Positions 1-15,749 of a DNA stretch of 64,000 nucleotides are shown in pieces. Made by a program: the position numbers and the translations under genes. Below the pieces are notes generated by a model. The model saw nothing but the letters and a program-made list of their open reading frames with translations, was not told the origin of the DNA and did no database searches. How positions within the stretch are numbered: the first letter of the stretch is position 1; each line of letters begins with the position of its first letter. This DNA is from Blastocystis sp. Blastoise (Eukaryota; Protista; Bigyra: Opalinata): NCBI GenBank assembly GCA_039096225.1, contig JBBPEB010000021.1:992001-1056000 (forward strand), written 5' to 3'.

Positions 1-203
1 ATATGTATATATAGAATAATTATTTCATATATTTTCTCTTCTTCACTTTTCAATACTCATAAAACTCTATATTCCAAGAGGATATAATGGTTTTATATTC
101 AATTATTCTTTATTAACACTAGTGACATATAAAAATTTGCTTTGTTTTTAGTAATTATAAGAAACAATTAAAAAAATGTTTTAGTAACAAAAATATAAAG
201 AAT

Positions 204-208
204 AAAAA
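204..208 (-). terminator. Pol III oligo-T terminator of tRNA-Lys
   Basis: TTTTT on the minus strand a few nt after the tRNA 3' end. Confidence 0.6.
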
Positions 209-212
209 GAAG

Positions 213-285
213 CGCCCACCGGGGGGCTCGAACCCCCGACCACCAGGTTAAGAGCCTGGCGCTCTACCGACTGAGCTAGACGGGC
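213..285 (-). tRNA. trnK-CTT: tRNA-Lys, anticodon CTT
   Basis: Reverse complement GCCCGTCTAGCTCAGTCGGTAGAGCGCCAGGCTCTTAACCTGGTGGTCGGGGGTTCGAGCCCCCCGGTGGGCG folds as a cloverleaf. Anticodon stem CCAGG/CCTGG, loop CT-CTT-AA, T-loop GTTCGA. Confidence 0.97.
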
Positions 286-944
286 TTAACGAGAGATTTC
301 TTTTTATTTATATACTCATAGCAGAGTACACTTTATTGTTTATATATTCTAAAGTTTTTTTATGATAAAGAAAACCACTATATCAAAGGATAGGATACGA
401 ATAACATTTTATAGACGACATATACATACAAATTTTTTTTTGTAGCATTATTATAATCTATGCTGTCATGTATAATTGCATTCTTGATACTTTTATTATC
501 ATTGATGATTTATTTTTGAAGAAATCAACTTTTTCATCGTATATCCTAGATAAGCAAACTCAATAAAAACAAATAACTTGACGATCCGGTGTTCAAAGTA
601 CTTCTAGATATGTTTTTGATTTAAATGTTGAAAGAATTTAAGTTTCATTCAGCTATTGTTTAAAAAAGTTGTCAAAGATAAAAACCCTTCCCTAGAGATA
701 CTCTATTGTACGCCATATGATTGCAAACTTGTTAAAAAAAGCTGAGATAGTTATACATCAAGAGAGTTTTTAGGACATTCTAAAAATTTTTTTTTTGTAT
801 TCCAAACAAAACGAAAAACGCAATGAAATGATTCCATGGTTATTCTATAAATCTCTAGGTAAATTGCAATTTTTCTGTGATTAAATGAAGTGTACAGAAA
901 AATAATATATATTTAGGACAGGTTTATTTCTTCTTTATCAGAAC

Positions 945-2007
945 ATGGAGATTATTTACGTGTTAGCATACTGCTCATGTTTGTTGTTTGTGTTCATGAC
1001 TTTTTATTTGGCTCAAGTAATTAATTCTCCTGTGTTTACTGTACAGTATATATATGGAGAAAAGAATGTGACATCAGCAAAAGAACAAATCAAGAACAGA
1101 GTTACAGTGAAGAAGTCTCTGGATTTGATCGAAACATCTTTAAATGAGGAAATTATAACCCGTTTTGATTTTACTTATGTTACGCAAACATCGTATATAT
1201 ATTGTTCGTTTGTATTTGATTCTAATATTATGATATATACAGTGCTGAAAGAATGTATTATTTTCCTGAGCTTCTATTGAGATGGCCTGGGTATATATTT
1301 ATTTATCTATTTGTATTATATTATATGTTTATGACTAAATATAGTGAATTCTCTGTTGCTATCTATGTTACTGGTGATATTGTTGAATCTACAAAACAAT
1401 ATATGAATAGTATTCAATTACCCAGTCGATTTCATGTAGTTTATTTACAACGTAATATTACTAATGAATATCCTATTAATACACTTCGTAATATGGCTAT
1501 TAAAGGTGTTCTTACAAGCCATTTCTGGCTAACTGATATGGACATGTGGCCTTCACGTATATATATTGTTATATATTGTTATTATATATATTGTTATATA
1601 TTGTTATTATATATATTGTTATATATTGTTATTATATATATTGTTATATTGTTTTTATAATATTATATATGTTTGTATTACTTTTTATGGCTATATATTG
1701 TTATAATTATTTTTATTATATATATTGTTATATTCTATTTTATTATATATATTGTTATATATTTTTTTATTTTTATAAATGTTTTTATTCCTTTTTATAG
1801 TTATATATAGTTATATTACTTTTATTTTATTATTAATAATTAATGGATATAATTTATTATATATATATATATAGCTAATCTTTATGATACCTTGCATGAA
1901 CTTCCTGATACAGAAAAAGAAAATAAGAAATTGGCGGTTATTGTTCCCGCCTTTCAATATAATAAATTCAGAGGAGTTTGTCGTGGATTTAATGACTGTC
2001 CTGCTGC

Positions 2008-2043
<36 letters not shown>

Positions 2044-2476
2044 ATTAATTTTTTATTAATTCACATTTTTAATATATTATGATTATTTTTTTTTCTTAGT
2101 AATATGTTTTTATTGTTTTGTGTTATATATATAATATATATAATATATATAATATATATAATATATATAATATATATAATATATATAATTTATATAATAT
2201 AATATATTATGTATAATATATATAATATATATATAGGATGTCTAAAAGAATTCCTCAGAATAAAACAGAACTCAATGCTTGCTTAGAAATATTTCATTGT
2301 GAAACATTTCGACCCAAACAACATTTACATGATTATTATTTCCCTGATTGGTATAAACCAGATTATAATAAATTATTAACGCAAGTTACTTGCTTTAAAG
2401 GACAAAGACAAGAACCGTATATATGTTATATTGAATATATATATATATATTATATTGGATATATATATATTATATT

Positions 2477-2527
<51 letters not shown>

Positions 2528-3043
2528 TGAATATATATATTATTTCTCTTCTATATATATAGATATGTTGTAGTTCGTAAGCATAATAGAATGCCAATGT
2601 TTGATGAACGATTTATGAATTATGGTTATAATAAAGTTCAATGGCTGGAACATCTACGATATATTGGATATCGATTTAAAGTATTAACAAAAGCATTCGC
2701 TATAGATATACCACATGCAAAGTATATTTATATTTATATTATAATTATCTTATTTTATATATATATACTATATGATATATATTATTACATATTAATAAAT
2801 ATAGTAATATATATTTAATATAATAAGTTAAAAAATTGATATTTTTCTATATTATAGAACATAGTTTATATATCTAATAAGATATATATATATATATATA
2901 TATATAGATCCCAGTTTCAAGCTAGTTATGTTAATGAGATATATGTTAAGAATAATTCTAATGTTACTGTTAATGTTTTATATTCTGATTTTATTCGAGA
3001 ACTAAAACAAAAACCAGATCGAAGTGTAATTAAATACTGCTAA
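945..3043 (+). CDS. GT49 (LARGE/B4GAT1-like) glycosyltransferase, multi-exon; start uncertain (possible extra exon near 828-858)
   Basis: N-terminal TM segment, YPINTLRNMA, DxD motif (TDMDMWPS), AVIVPAFQ, QEPYVV, FDERFMNYGYNKVQWLEHL. GT-AG introns join in frame to TAA at 3041-3043. Confidence 0.88.
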
Positions 3044-3623
3044 TTATTTTTATATATTTAAAAATATATATATATTACATATATATATATATTTGTTTCA
3101 TATAAAGTTTCTTTCAAATATTTCTTCTTAAATTAATTGTTTATTGAATATATATAAATATAATTTTTCTAAAAGTGAATTTTTATTTGGCTTTCTTATT
3201 TCATTTATATATATTTGTAGAAAGTAACTGTTTGTTTTTCTTTTATTGTATTTTAAATTTTTTAAATTTTTTTTTGCTTATTCTATTATCAGGAATCGTT
3301 TATGTTTTTTGTGTAAAATGTCTATTGTTTAGTTATTATTATTTTCGAATATATTAATATAAATAACATAAAATATATTTTCATATAATATATATATATA
3401 TAATAAATTTAATCTTTTTTCATTTATATCTCCTAATTCATTTTTTTAAATTTGCAATTCAGTTGTATTATATTATATATTCTCAATCATAGAAACTATG
3501 ATTTTCTATATATATAATTTAAATTTATAATATATTTACAAAAAACAAAACAAATCGAAACAGAAACATTTATTTAAATAATTCTTTATTCAATTTAATA
3601 TTTTTATTACAATAATATATATC

Positions 3624-4561
3624 TTATTGTATCAATCGACTTTTGGATTTTAAATTAGTAACATGCCTTGAAGATTGAGATGAATTCTAGATATTAAATA
3701 GATAACATCAATACATAATGAATATTATAATAATATATAAAGTTTATTGATAATAATATATAATATTTTTCTTAGATAATAATATATAATACTTTTCTAT
3801 AGATAATAATATATATATATAGATACATTTAATATTTCACTTGTAATACATAGATTTGTGAGGCTCTTTAAAATATCATTAGAAGAGATATTAGTGGATA
3901 GAAAATTTAATTCTTTGTTTTTAATTGGCTGATTCTTTTGAAGAGATGGGCAATGATGAGAATCTGGAAAACGATGTCTATATATATGTATCAGTTATAT
4001 TAAATCTTATTAAAAAAAAACACAAAAAAAAACACAAATATATATATATATAATAAAATATATTATGAATAAAAGTGATAATAAACAAATAATAATATAT
4101 ACTCTGTACAAAAATTCTGATTACATAATTTACAATGAACCGTATCTATGGCATATAATTTGTGAGTACATCCTTTAACAGGACATTTGGTTATTTTAGG
4201 TTTCTTTATGTGTGTACATTCATTTTTCATATGTTCATTTATCTATATAAAAAAAAGTTAATAATACAATTATATATTTATACTAAAAATATTAAACATA
4301 ACATAACATTAATACTCAATTCATTTATATAAAAATGCTTACTTGTTCTTTAAAATCCTTTGTTCCATCTATCCGAATTGTATGACCACATTCTGGACAT
4401 TTTTGTGCAGTAATACGTCTTTTGTCTGCATTTGGACAATTATGAGATACATAATCTCTATGTGTAAGACAGAAATATTTATCGCAACAATCGCACTTGA
4501 AAGGAAGGTAATCGTGTTCACGACATACTTCACATTGCTTCCCAATATCTAGAAATTCCAT
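3624..4561 (-). CDS. AN1-type zinc finger protein (ZFAND1/ZFAND2-like), 4 exons
   Basis: MEFLDIGKQC..C.EHDYLPFKCDCCDKYFCLTHR...HNC, plus a second AN1 finger (CPVKGC...CKLCNQNFCTEHRFPDSHHC). Confidence 0.88.
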
Positions 4562-5510
4562 CAACAAGTCAAGTCTGATATAGTTATAGTTTTCAATTTA
4601 TAAAAATAATAATCAAATCATGATAAACACATCTTCGAAATGAAAACCAGTTTTCACGCTGAATGTTATTCAGTCCTGCGAACAATTGTGCATTCCACGA
4701 ACACGAAAAGTGCTTAATTTTTTGTTCTAGAAAAGCTAGTTTTTTCTTTAACTTTTCTATTAGTTTAGTGACTAGATACATTTTAAATAGTCAATAATGG
4801 TAGTAAAGGTTTTCTAAGTATCTCAGTTTTTTGTTGAAGAAGAAAAGGAAGTTTTTTTCAATTCTATTTTTCATTTTACTCTCAATACTCATTCTTAAAC
4901 GTACCCAAGTGAATAGATTAGTATTGCTAAATATTCTAGAGCATTAAATATTTATTGTGAATACAATTAAATGTGAATTCTCAAAATGGTATTAGTTGAA
5001 ATATATATTTTGAGAACTAAAATTATAATTTAGCATGATATGTATAACAATATAAGAATTTTTATTAAAGAATGAAAACCTTAAAAGTGAAATTCAATAA
5101 AAAATCTGTATTTTTCAAAATCTATAATATTTTATGAAAATAAACACATAAAATACTTTAATGATTCATTGATAATTTGATATAAAACAATAAAATATAA
5201 AATTAGTTTACTAAATAAACGGAAAAAGTGAACAAAAAGTATATAAATAATAAAAAAAGTATTATGAAGCAAGTTTATAAAAACCTTATAAAAGAAGACA
5301 TATTACAATTATAATAAAATCATATATACGACAAGATCATATATATATTTATAAAAAAAATATTTGAAAAGTATATACAATTGAATAATATTGAAAAAAA
5401 AAACTTTAATAATATTTACAAGAAACATATATATATATAGAGCATATATTATAATAAAATAATAAAGAAAAAGACAACGTAAAAAAAAATAACAAAAGAA
5501 AAGAAAATTA

Positions 5511-5610
5511 TTATAAGAAAAAGGTTGTTATAAGAAAAAGGTTGTTATAAGGAAAAGGTTGTTATAAGGAAAAGACTGTTATAAGAAAAAGGTTGTTATA
5601 ATAAAAAGGT
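5511..5610. repeat. 17-bp minisatellite (TTATAAGAAAAAGGTTG), about 6 copies
   Basis: Directly visible tandem copies with a few substitutions. Confidence 0.9.
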
Positions 5611-5813
5611 AATTAAATAAAAAAAAAATTCAAAGGAAAAGAAACAAAATAAGGAAAAGAAATAATAGACAAAAATAAAAGGGAAAATAATAGACAAAAA
5701 AAGAAAGAAAAGAAATAATAAATAAATAAAAAAAGAAAGAAAGAGAAAAGAATAAGAAGAAATCTAATAAACAAAAGAATACTTGAAAACCCCCCATATA
5801 TATCGTGATTTCT

Positions 5814-7706
5814 TTACCAATAAATATATTCATATTGTTTATGAATTAATTTACAATGCTGATCATTTAAGCAAGGTAAATCACCAATATCTATATAATA
5901 CGAAGAACTACGCATGCCGACCGTAATACGTAAGGATTGAATAATACGTTGCCAGCTATTTATAGAGGTACTTATAGAATCAAAACAATCTAAAGATGTT
6001 TTTAAATTAGCTAATTCTATAAGTGGATAAATAGATCTATTTAAAGTATGATTTCGTTCTAAACAAAGAGATCGAGGATATTTATTATAATGTATATTTA
6101 AAGACGTCATTCGGAAGAAATAAGATAAAGAGCCAGGATCATTCGTATTGAGAAATATACTTGCATTTCTTGAATGTTTTATTTTCTCTAATAGTTGAAT
6201 TGATGATAAATAATTATAATTCTCAACTAGTTTTTCATTGAGATTTCTTGGATTATGATATATATGAACACATATATCATTATGTGTATTCATAGGATCT
6301 CCAGTATAATTAGTATTTGTAAATATACGTATCCATTCTAATACATCATGAGTAGGTCTTAACATATAAGTAATAGCTTGTATTCTCCAATATTGAATAT
6401 AATAAGATCGAGGTACATTAGTTACATTATAAAACTTCCTTATATACTGTGGAATAGTATTTCGGAACTCTAATGTATTACTAACATACCATATACGTTT
6501 ATCCATATGATCATAAATATCTTGTTTATTATGAATAATAGAAATTTGATGATTATATATACTTTTTTCATGATTTATCCATTTTATATATTCTTCTTTA
6601 TTTAATTCACATGAACTTAAAGAATGAAAGAAACATGAAAAGGATTGTTCTTTACAAAAAGTTATATTTGTATATTTTGAATAAATAAATGGACTCCAAA
6701 TAGCAATTCGATTATATTTTTCAGCTAAAGCTAAATAAGAAGTTAAAACAGTGATTTCAAATCCAAAAGAAGAATCATAATCACCTATTATTAAATATTG
6801 TAATTCATCACAAGTAGAAGAAGAAGGATGCTGATGTTCCCATATAATATTTTGAAAATAATAAGTTCCCCAGAGAACATCATCATATTCATAGACTTCA
6901 TTATATTCTATCCATTGATAAGATTCATCAGGAAAAGAAGAATAATCTAAAAAACCAGTACATTGAGGAGATTTATCGAAATTACCAGTAATAAATTGAT
7001 TACGAATAAAAAAAGTACTATCTTCTATATTAACTTCTATTTCTGGATATAATTTAATAAAATAACTCAAATATTCAGTTTCCGGTTTCTTCACTATATA
7101 ATCAAATAATTTATACCAAGGAGTTTCTGTATGCATTATTAAGCCTATTTCACCCTCTTTCGATTCCTCAGATTGCTCCACAGATGTCTTCTATTAGTAT
7201 ATAGTTATAATAATGTTAACATATTATTTTATTGAATAGAATTATTGATATATTATATATATAATATAGAAAACAAAAAAAACAAAGAAGATATATATCA
7301 AAATGAAAAAAATACATAAAATTGAGTAACATGGACTCGATGGTCTCCTGAACGACTAACGACACTAGCAGCAATTTGATCATTGGAATATTCTACAAGA
7401 ATCAGTTATTAAAAATGGAAAATATTAAAAAATTTACTTGATCTATATATGAAATATCATTAAAAAAAAAATCAGAATAGTAAGTAATTTGATGGAAATA
7501 TATGTATAAGGAAAAACAAAAAAATAAAAAAGAATGACGTTGGCAGCAACAAGATAAAGTATAATTCGTTGCCTAATAGAATACATATAGATATCTATAT
7601 ACGATGAGCGATTCATTTGCTGGCTTTTATCATGGATTCTCAATGCGATCAAAGAAAGAAGGACTAAGAGTACAGAGTACCATATGAATGCTAAACTCCT
7701 TTTCAT
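5814..7706 (-). CDS. GT23 alpha-1,6-fucosyltransferase-like protein with degenerate motifs; 5' exon structure uncertain
   Basis: Long last exon with IWEHQHP..C..LQYLI..FG, YMLRP, ICVHI, IFLNTNDP and SWQRIIQSLR, matching the FUT8/NodZ layout. Signal anchor MKRSLAFIWYSVLLVLL at 7706. Confidence 0.7.
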
Positions 7707-8363
7707 ATTACAGCAAAAGACATGCATTATTCCAAGACTGTGTTTGTATGAACACAAAATAATACCTTTTAAAAAAATGACAAAACAGTTGAAGATTTTT
7801 AATTTATTTGTTTATTGTTTTAATGAATTCGAGGGTATCCTTAAAAATATAGAAGTTGTTGTTATCAAAGAGTATTGTGTATCTAGAGTGTATGGTCTCA
7901 TTTGCAGAAAGTTATTCTTGGATGAGTCATTTTCAGTAATTGATGTTTTTTTTGTTCAATAAAGATGTACGTTATTCGCAGGAGTTCATGAGGAAGAAGG
8001 CAAATAGGTTCTTTAATTGTATCTGTAATTATTGATATAAAAAAAAAAGAAGAATCACAAAACACAAAAGAAATTTCTTCTAGAGACCGATTGTATGGAA
8101 TTGTAATAATGACATAAAAAGGGAGTCATTAATAAGATAAAGGAAAATAGGTATATAATTGAATGTGATGAACGAAATAAAAATAAAATACAGAATATTA
8201 GAATAAGAAAACAAGTTAGTTGTAGTAAATTGATTATGAAAACAGCATATATTATTATACAAAAGCCATAGAAATATAATGTATAGAGAAATAAATGTAG
8301 ATTTCAAATAGATTATAAGAAATGATAAAAATATAATTATGTTTCGAGATGAATAAAGTGAAT

Positions 8364-10331
<1,968 letters not shown>

Positions 10332-10933
10332 GGTAGAATATCAAACTTGAGTACAATGAATGAAAAAACGAAAATGAATGTTCCTTCCAAGGTTTCTAAA
10401 TTACCATTTTACTCGAATATCACGGTATTTTATTATGTTTCCCTACTATCTAATAGATCCCCATGGGTTTATTGATTTTTTGATTTGTAGTAGAGTTTGT
10501 TGGGAAATTCTTTTTATATACCTTTAAATAGTTTTATTTACATGTTTTTTTTTTGATATAAAAATAAAATGTGTTTTATTTTAAAATTAAAGCACTTTAA
10601 AATGTTTTCATAAAACTCGTAGATACCATATTGTTAGTAATCTATATGGTAAAGACTATTAGATTATCCGTAGCATTGTTGTTCGATAATGTTTGCTTGT
10701 TTTGTCTTTGTAAGCAAAAAATTTTATTGGTTCATGATATTCAAAAATGTAGAAACATAAGAATAACATAATTGAGAATAATTAAAACAAATAAAATGAT
10801 AATTACAAAAAAAAAAAACAAAATATACTTTTAAAATACATACAGTTAAGAAGAATTAATAAAATTGAAAATTAGAAAAAAACAAATAACATAAGATAAC
10901 TTTATATACAAACAAATAAAAAAAAATACCATT

Positions 10934-11506
10934 TTATTCTTTATCTTCTTTTTTACCACTACCTACAATAGTTTCTAAGACAGCAGTCCATACATCTCTA
11001 TCATCTTGAGTACCTATTCTAGGGACAAATCCAACTTTGAAGAAAATAGATACAGCAAGCCAATTACGGAAAATCGTTGTTAAGAATACATGTTCGTATT
11101 TTTCTTTTAACATAGGAAGAATGTAAGAAATAAGAGCTTGACCAATTCCTTTGTTTTGATATTCAGGTAAAACGGCAAGACGATATAAACAGCCATGATC
11201 TTTATCAATACCTGTTCCTTCCCAAGCAGTGACTGTTCCTACAGTATTTCCTTTTTCATTGATAGCAAACACCATACGATCACTTAATAAAGACTTTACA
11301 GAACCAAACGTATCTTCAAAACTTTTTTTTGCTTCATCATTACTAGCAAATTGGCCACTCTTCCATTGGATATAAGACCAATATTTCTCATCACCTTCTT
11401 TATAGAATCGGAATTCAAAACCATCAGGAATGTCATAAGAAAATGGATTTGCTTGAGGACTTAATCCCATAGTAACTTCATATTTCTGGAATCTTTCAAG
11501 AGACAT
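10934..11506 (-). CDS. GNAT-family N-acetyltransferase, single exon, bacterial-like
   Basis: Acetyl-CoA motif A: LAVLPEYQNKGIGQALI. Motif B: AVSIFFKVGF. Uninterrupted 190-aa ORF. Confidence 0.9.
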   Translation of the reverse strand: MSLERFQKYEVTMGLSPQANPFSYDIPDGFEFRFYKEGDEKYWSYIQWKSGQFASNDEAKKSFEDTFGSVKSLLSDRMVFAINEKGNTVGTVTAWEGTGIDKDHGCLYRLAVLPEYQNKGIGQALISYILPMLKEKYEHVFLTTIFRNWLAVSIFFKVGFVPRIGTQDDRDVWTAVLETIVGSGKKEDKE

Positions 11507-12124
11507 TTGGTAAACTTAATAAATAAATATCAACAAGAGACTAGAGTCTTTTATATCGTAAAAAAACAATTTATTGGAATTTGCTGATTCATTCTTTCAG
11601 GTCATTTCTTTTCATTTCAGATTGTCTTAAAAAAAAGTTGTTTTTTATTCATATATTGATTTATTATATTCCTTTAATGAATATATAATTTGATTTATAA
11701 ATAGTATGTTGATATGAATATAGATAAAACAATGTATACTAAAATGCAATATTCATAAACTTGATTATCCCATTTTTATATATATTTATTGTATTCAAAT
11801 TCTATGATTATAAAAGAATAGATTTCAAATTCAAAAGGAGATATAAATATTTGTTTACAACTGTAATATTTAAAAAATCCAAAAAAACAACAACATTCCT
11901 TTATTCATATCACAAAATAAACGTCTAAATTAATATTTCTAGTTTGTTTAGAGCATATAAAACAGTATATTACTTCTTCACTATTCTAATATCAATAACA
12001 AACACTAAGTAATCAATATATATAAACATGTTAAACAATAGACTTCCCAATTAATTACAATAATAGAGTTAAAAATAAAGACATAAAAAAATGGATACAT
12101 AATAGATTTTATTATTTATATAAT

Positions 12125-12601
12125 TTAGTTAGAAGGTTTTTCTTTTGCTAACTTTTCTTTAGGTACTCTCAAGTTTGTAAGACAGGACTATAATTGAAAT
12201 GAAAAATTACAAAGATAAAGCAATATATATATATATACTTTCATAGTACTATTCAATAATTTTCCAAATTCAGCTACATTTGAATTTTCAACCTGGAGAT
12301 TTATATAGTGAATAACAACAATATAATATATATATTTTAAAAAGAATATATTAAAAAAAAAAGCCCTACAAAATAAAAAAAAGATGAAAAAACTTACTAA
12401 TGTACTGATTTTTTTATCTTTATATGTGGCTCTAATGAGACATTGATTCTTAGAAAGATCAGGTTCTTGTCTCTTTGAAGGTGTGCAATTAACACTTTCA
12501 TTATATTGCTTCATCGTGATATCTACATGACCAGCATTCTTATTGGATTCATAAAGTTTTTGTAATTCAACAATGAAGTCGTTATTCGTTAGAAAAACCA
12601 T
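12125..12601 (-). CDS. SRP14: Signal recognition particle 14 kDa protein, 3 exons
   Basis: MVFLTNNDFIVELQKLY..GHVDITMKQY..CLIRAT..KKISTLV matches SRP14. GT-AG introns are in frame. Confidence 0.92.
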
Positions 12602-12888
12602 CTTTTAATTTCAACTATCTATAGAATAGTAAGAATTAGATATACTTAGTTTTCTATATATATACTAGATCTAGAAATGCTAAATGAAAAACAATGAATG
12701 TCATTTTTCATTTCCTCTTTTTAATCACGATTCCTAATAATTATTGTCTGATAAATTCAATTTTCTTTTGAAAACGAAAGAAAACAAATAAAAAACGTAT
12801 TTCCATGATTAACTCAATTAATTAAACCAAGAAACAAAATCTTTACAAAGAATAGAAACAATACAATTCTCTTTAAATACTCTATGAA

Positions 12889-13327
12889 ATGGATCCATAC
12901 ATCTATATTATTATTGTAGCCCTTCTTTTTCTTATTCTTCTAGTGTATTATCTGAATATCATTAATTATTGCAAAAGTGCAATTCGAAGAAGGAAAACAA
13001 TTCAAAGATTAGTTCTTAAAAAACACAGATTACTGAATAAAAAAGAGAATTATGTCTCACTCATTGCTCAAGCGAAGGTAATTTATGTTTGATTTATTTC
13101 ACAACTATTATTTATCATTATGAACAACTCTTTTTATCTATGATGTCTCTTTTTTTTCAATAATATTTTTATTTCCTATTCTATAGCAAGCTGGAGAGTT
13201 TCAACAAGCATTAACATTACAACGAGGTTTAAATGAATTAGAACAAGACCTTCGTAATTGTGAAGATTTATTAGAAATGAATATTAATGATTATAACTAT
13301 GAAGCAGAAGGAAAAAATATATTATAA
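12889..13327 (+). CDS. Small single-TM coiled-coil protein of unknown function, 2 exons
   Basis: N-terminal hydrophobic helix. Intron about 13078-13186 (GT-AG) gives in-frame AKQAGEFQQALTLQRGLNELE...NIL*. Confidence 0.7.
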
Positions 13328-14103
13328 TCCTTCTTTCTATGAGTTTATGCATGTCTACATAACAATAGAATGATATCACTATTCTTTCTATTGTCAAATG
13401 TTTCGTTTTTTTTTTTGTTATTTGATTTACTCTATTTCGTTATGTATATATATATATTGTTTTTTTCTGAATTCTTGAACCCTATTGAACAAGTTCATTC
13501 TATATACGGGTATATAGTTCTTATGTTTTTATTTTAGATTTTGTTTTTTTAAAATTTTTATTTAAATATAAAGTCGTTTCTCTTTCATTAATATTATCCA
13601 ATGATCATCATTTTACTGATAACAACCAAAAAGGAATATGGATTCATATCCCTTTTCAATCTATATGAAGTAATCACTTTTATAAAAAATGTCATTTTTC
13701 AGTCACATTGACGTCTGAAATACAGACAGACACGTCGTTTCAACCAATAAAAGAGTCCGATTTTTAACAACAGAATAAGTGCTTGTCAACTCCATTTTTA
13801 CAAAATAATAATCACGATTATTCTAAAAGTTCTGTTTTAGATTCGATGATTTCCCTATTTTTATTAATAAAAAAGTATTGAAAGAACTAATTATTCTGAT
13901 GTGAACTTCAAATCCATATGATTGGATGATTTCAAGAAAGCCATAATATTTGATGAATATCAAAATTAGCCAATAGATTCAAATGAAATGAACCATAAAT
14001 AAATTGGTGTCTTGATATTTTTCTTATGACGTCTTTTTATTTTTAAACACTACATTTTCATAAAAACAATATACATTTAGAATTTGTAGCAATTATTTTG
14101 AAT

Positions 14104-15718
14104 ATGGAACCACCGCTTTATGGTTATGAATATGCTGCTGGAAGAAAAGGAGAAGTATATCATATTCATTTGTCGTTTTTTCCGATTATTCTCATCCCAT
14201 TTCATTATAGAGTCCTATTATTCGTACAATTATGAGTAAGAAGCATACATTAGTCTCCAAACCATTTCCTGAAGTTGAAACATTGTATTTTTATGAAAAT
14301 TTTCATTTTATTTGATTCTTTTCATGAATTCAAATTGATTTATTATATAGATATGATTGCTTCCAAAGAGGTCTAAAAATATCTGCAGATGAACCTTGTT
14401 ATGGATATAGACAGAAAGTATTTTTTTATTATTTATATTAATTTTATTTTTTTAAGAATGAAAAGGGTGAATGTGGTGATTATTTTTGGTATACTTATGA
14501 AGAGATATTTGAAAAAGTGAAGAATTATGGTGCTGGTATTATTAGTTTAAATTTAGCCCCTGAAAAATTTGGTGTATATTTAATATTTATTGGTTTTTTA
14601 TTAATTTTATTAATTTTATTTTTAATTTTTTAATGTAATAACATATACATATAGTATAAATCCATTGGTGTTTATTGTAAGAATTGTATTGAATGGGTAT
14701 TAACAGAACAAGCATGTCATGCATTCTCCCTTACCTTAATACCTATATATGATACCTTAGGTGCCGACTCAGTTGAATTCATTTTACAACAAACCGAATT
14801 AGAAACCATTGTATGTACTTGTACTGAAGCTTTAAAGGTATATTATTATTATGTTTATAATATTATTGCTATTAACACATTATTATATTTTGTTTATTAT
14901 GTTTATTATTATATATAGATTGTATCATGTCTTGAGAAAGAACGTTTCTTAAAGAATTTAATTATTATTGATTCATTAAATGAAAAAGATAAACAGTTAT
15001 TAGAAGCAGAAGTATATATATATATATATATATATATATTTTATTAATTAATTAATTAATTAATTTCTATATTAGAAGATTATTATCCATATTCTATATA
15101 TATATGTATATAGAGCTTGAATATCTATTCTTATAATGATGTCGAGACACAAGGGAAGAATCATCCACATGATATTGTTCCTCCGTCACCTGATGATATT
15201 CATACTATTTGTTATACATCTGGAACTACAGGTACTCCTAAGGTATATATATATATATATATTATAGTTATTAGTTATATAATAATAATAATAATATATA
15301 TATATATATATATATAGGGTGTATGCTTATCTCATAAGAATAGTATGGCTACATTAGCAGGATGTCTTGTTTCTGGTATATATATATTATTAATATTATT
15401 ATTAATATTATTATTATTATTATTATATATAGGTATTCGAGGTCGTAAAAGTGATGTTTATTTATCCTATTTACCTTTAGCTCATGTCCTAGAGAGACTT
15501 CTTCAAACAGCCATTCTCATCGATGGAGGACGCATTGGATTCTTTCAAGTATATATATATATTTATATACTATTATATATTTATTGATTCATTTTATTTT
15601 ATTTATTTGATTTATTGATTATAAAAGAAATAATATTCATATATACATAGGGTAGTACAAATAAGATTTTAGATGATATAAAAGTATTAAAACCAACAGT
15701 CTTTACTTCTGTTCCTCG

Positions 15719-15749
<31 letters not shown>

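Noticed and set aside
5511-5610. CRISPR-like or telomeric array
   Set aside because: No spacers, eukaryotic context, internal position and few copies.
7195-7610. Possible 5-nt micro-exon (ATCAA, 7438-7442) in the GT23 5' region
   Set aside because: I could not find one consistent in-frame exon chain, so the structure is unresolved.
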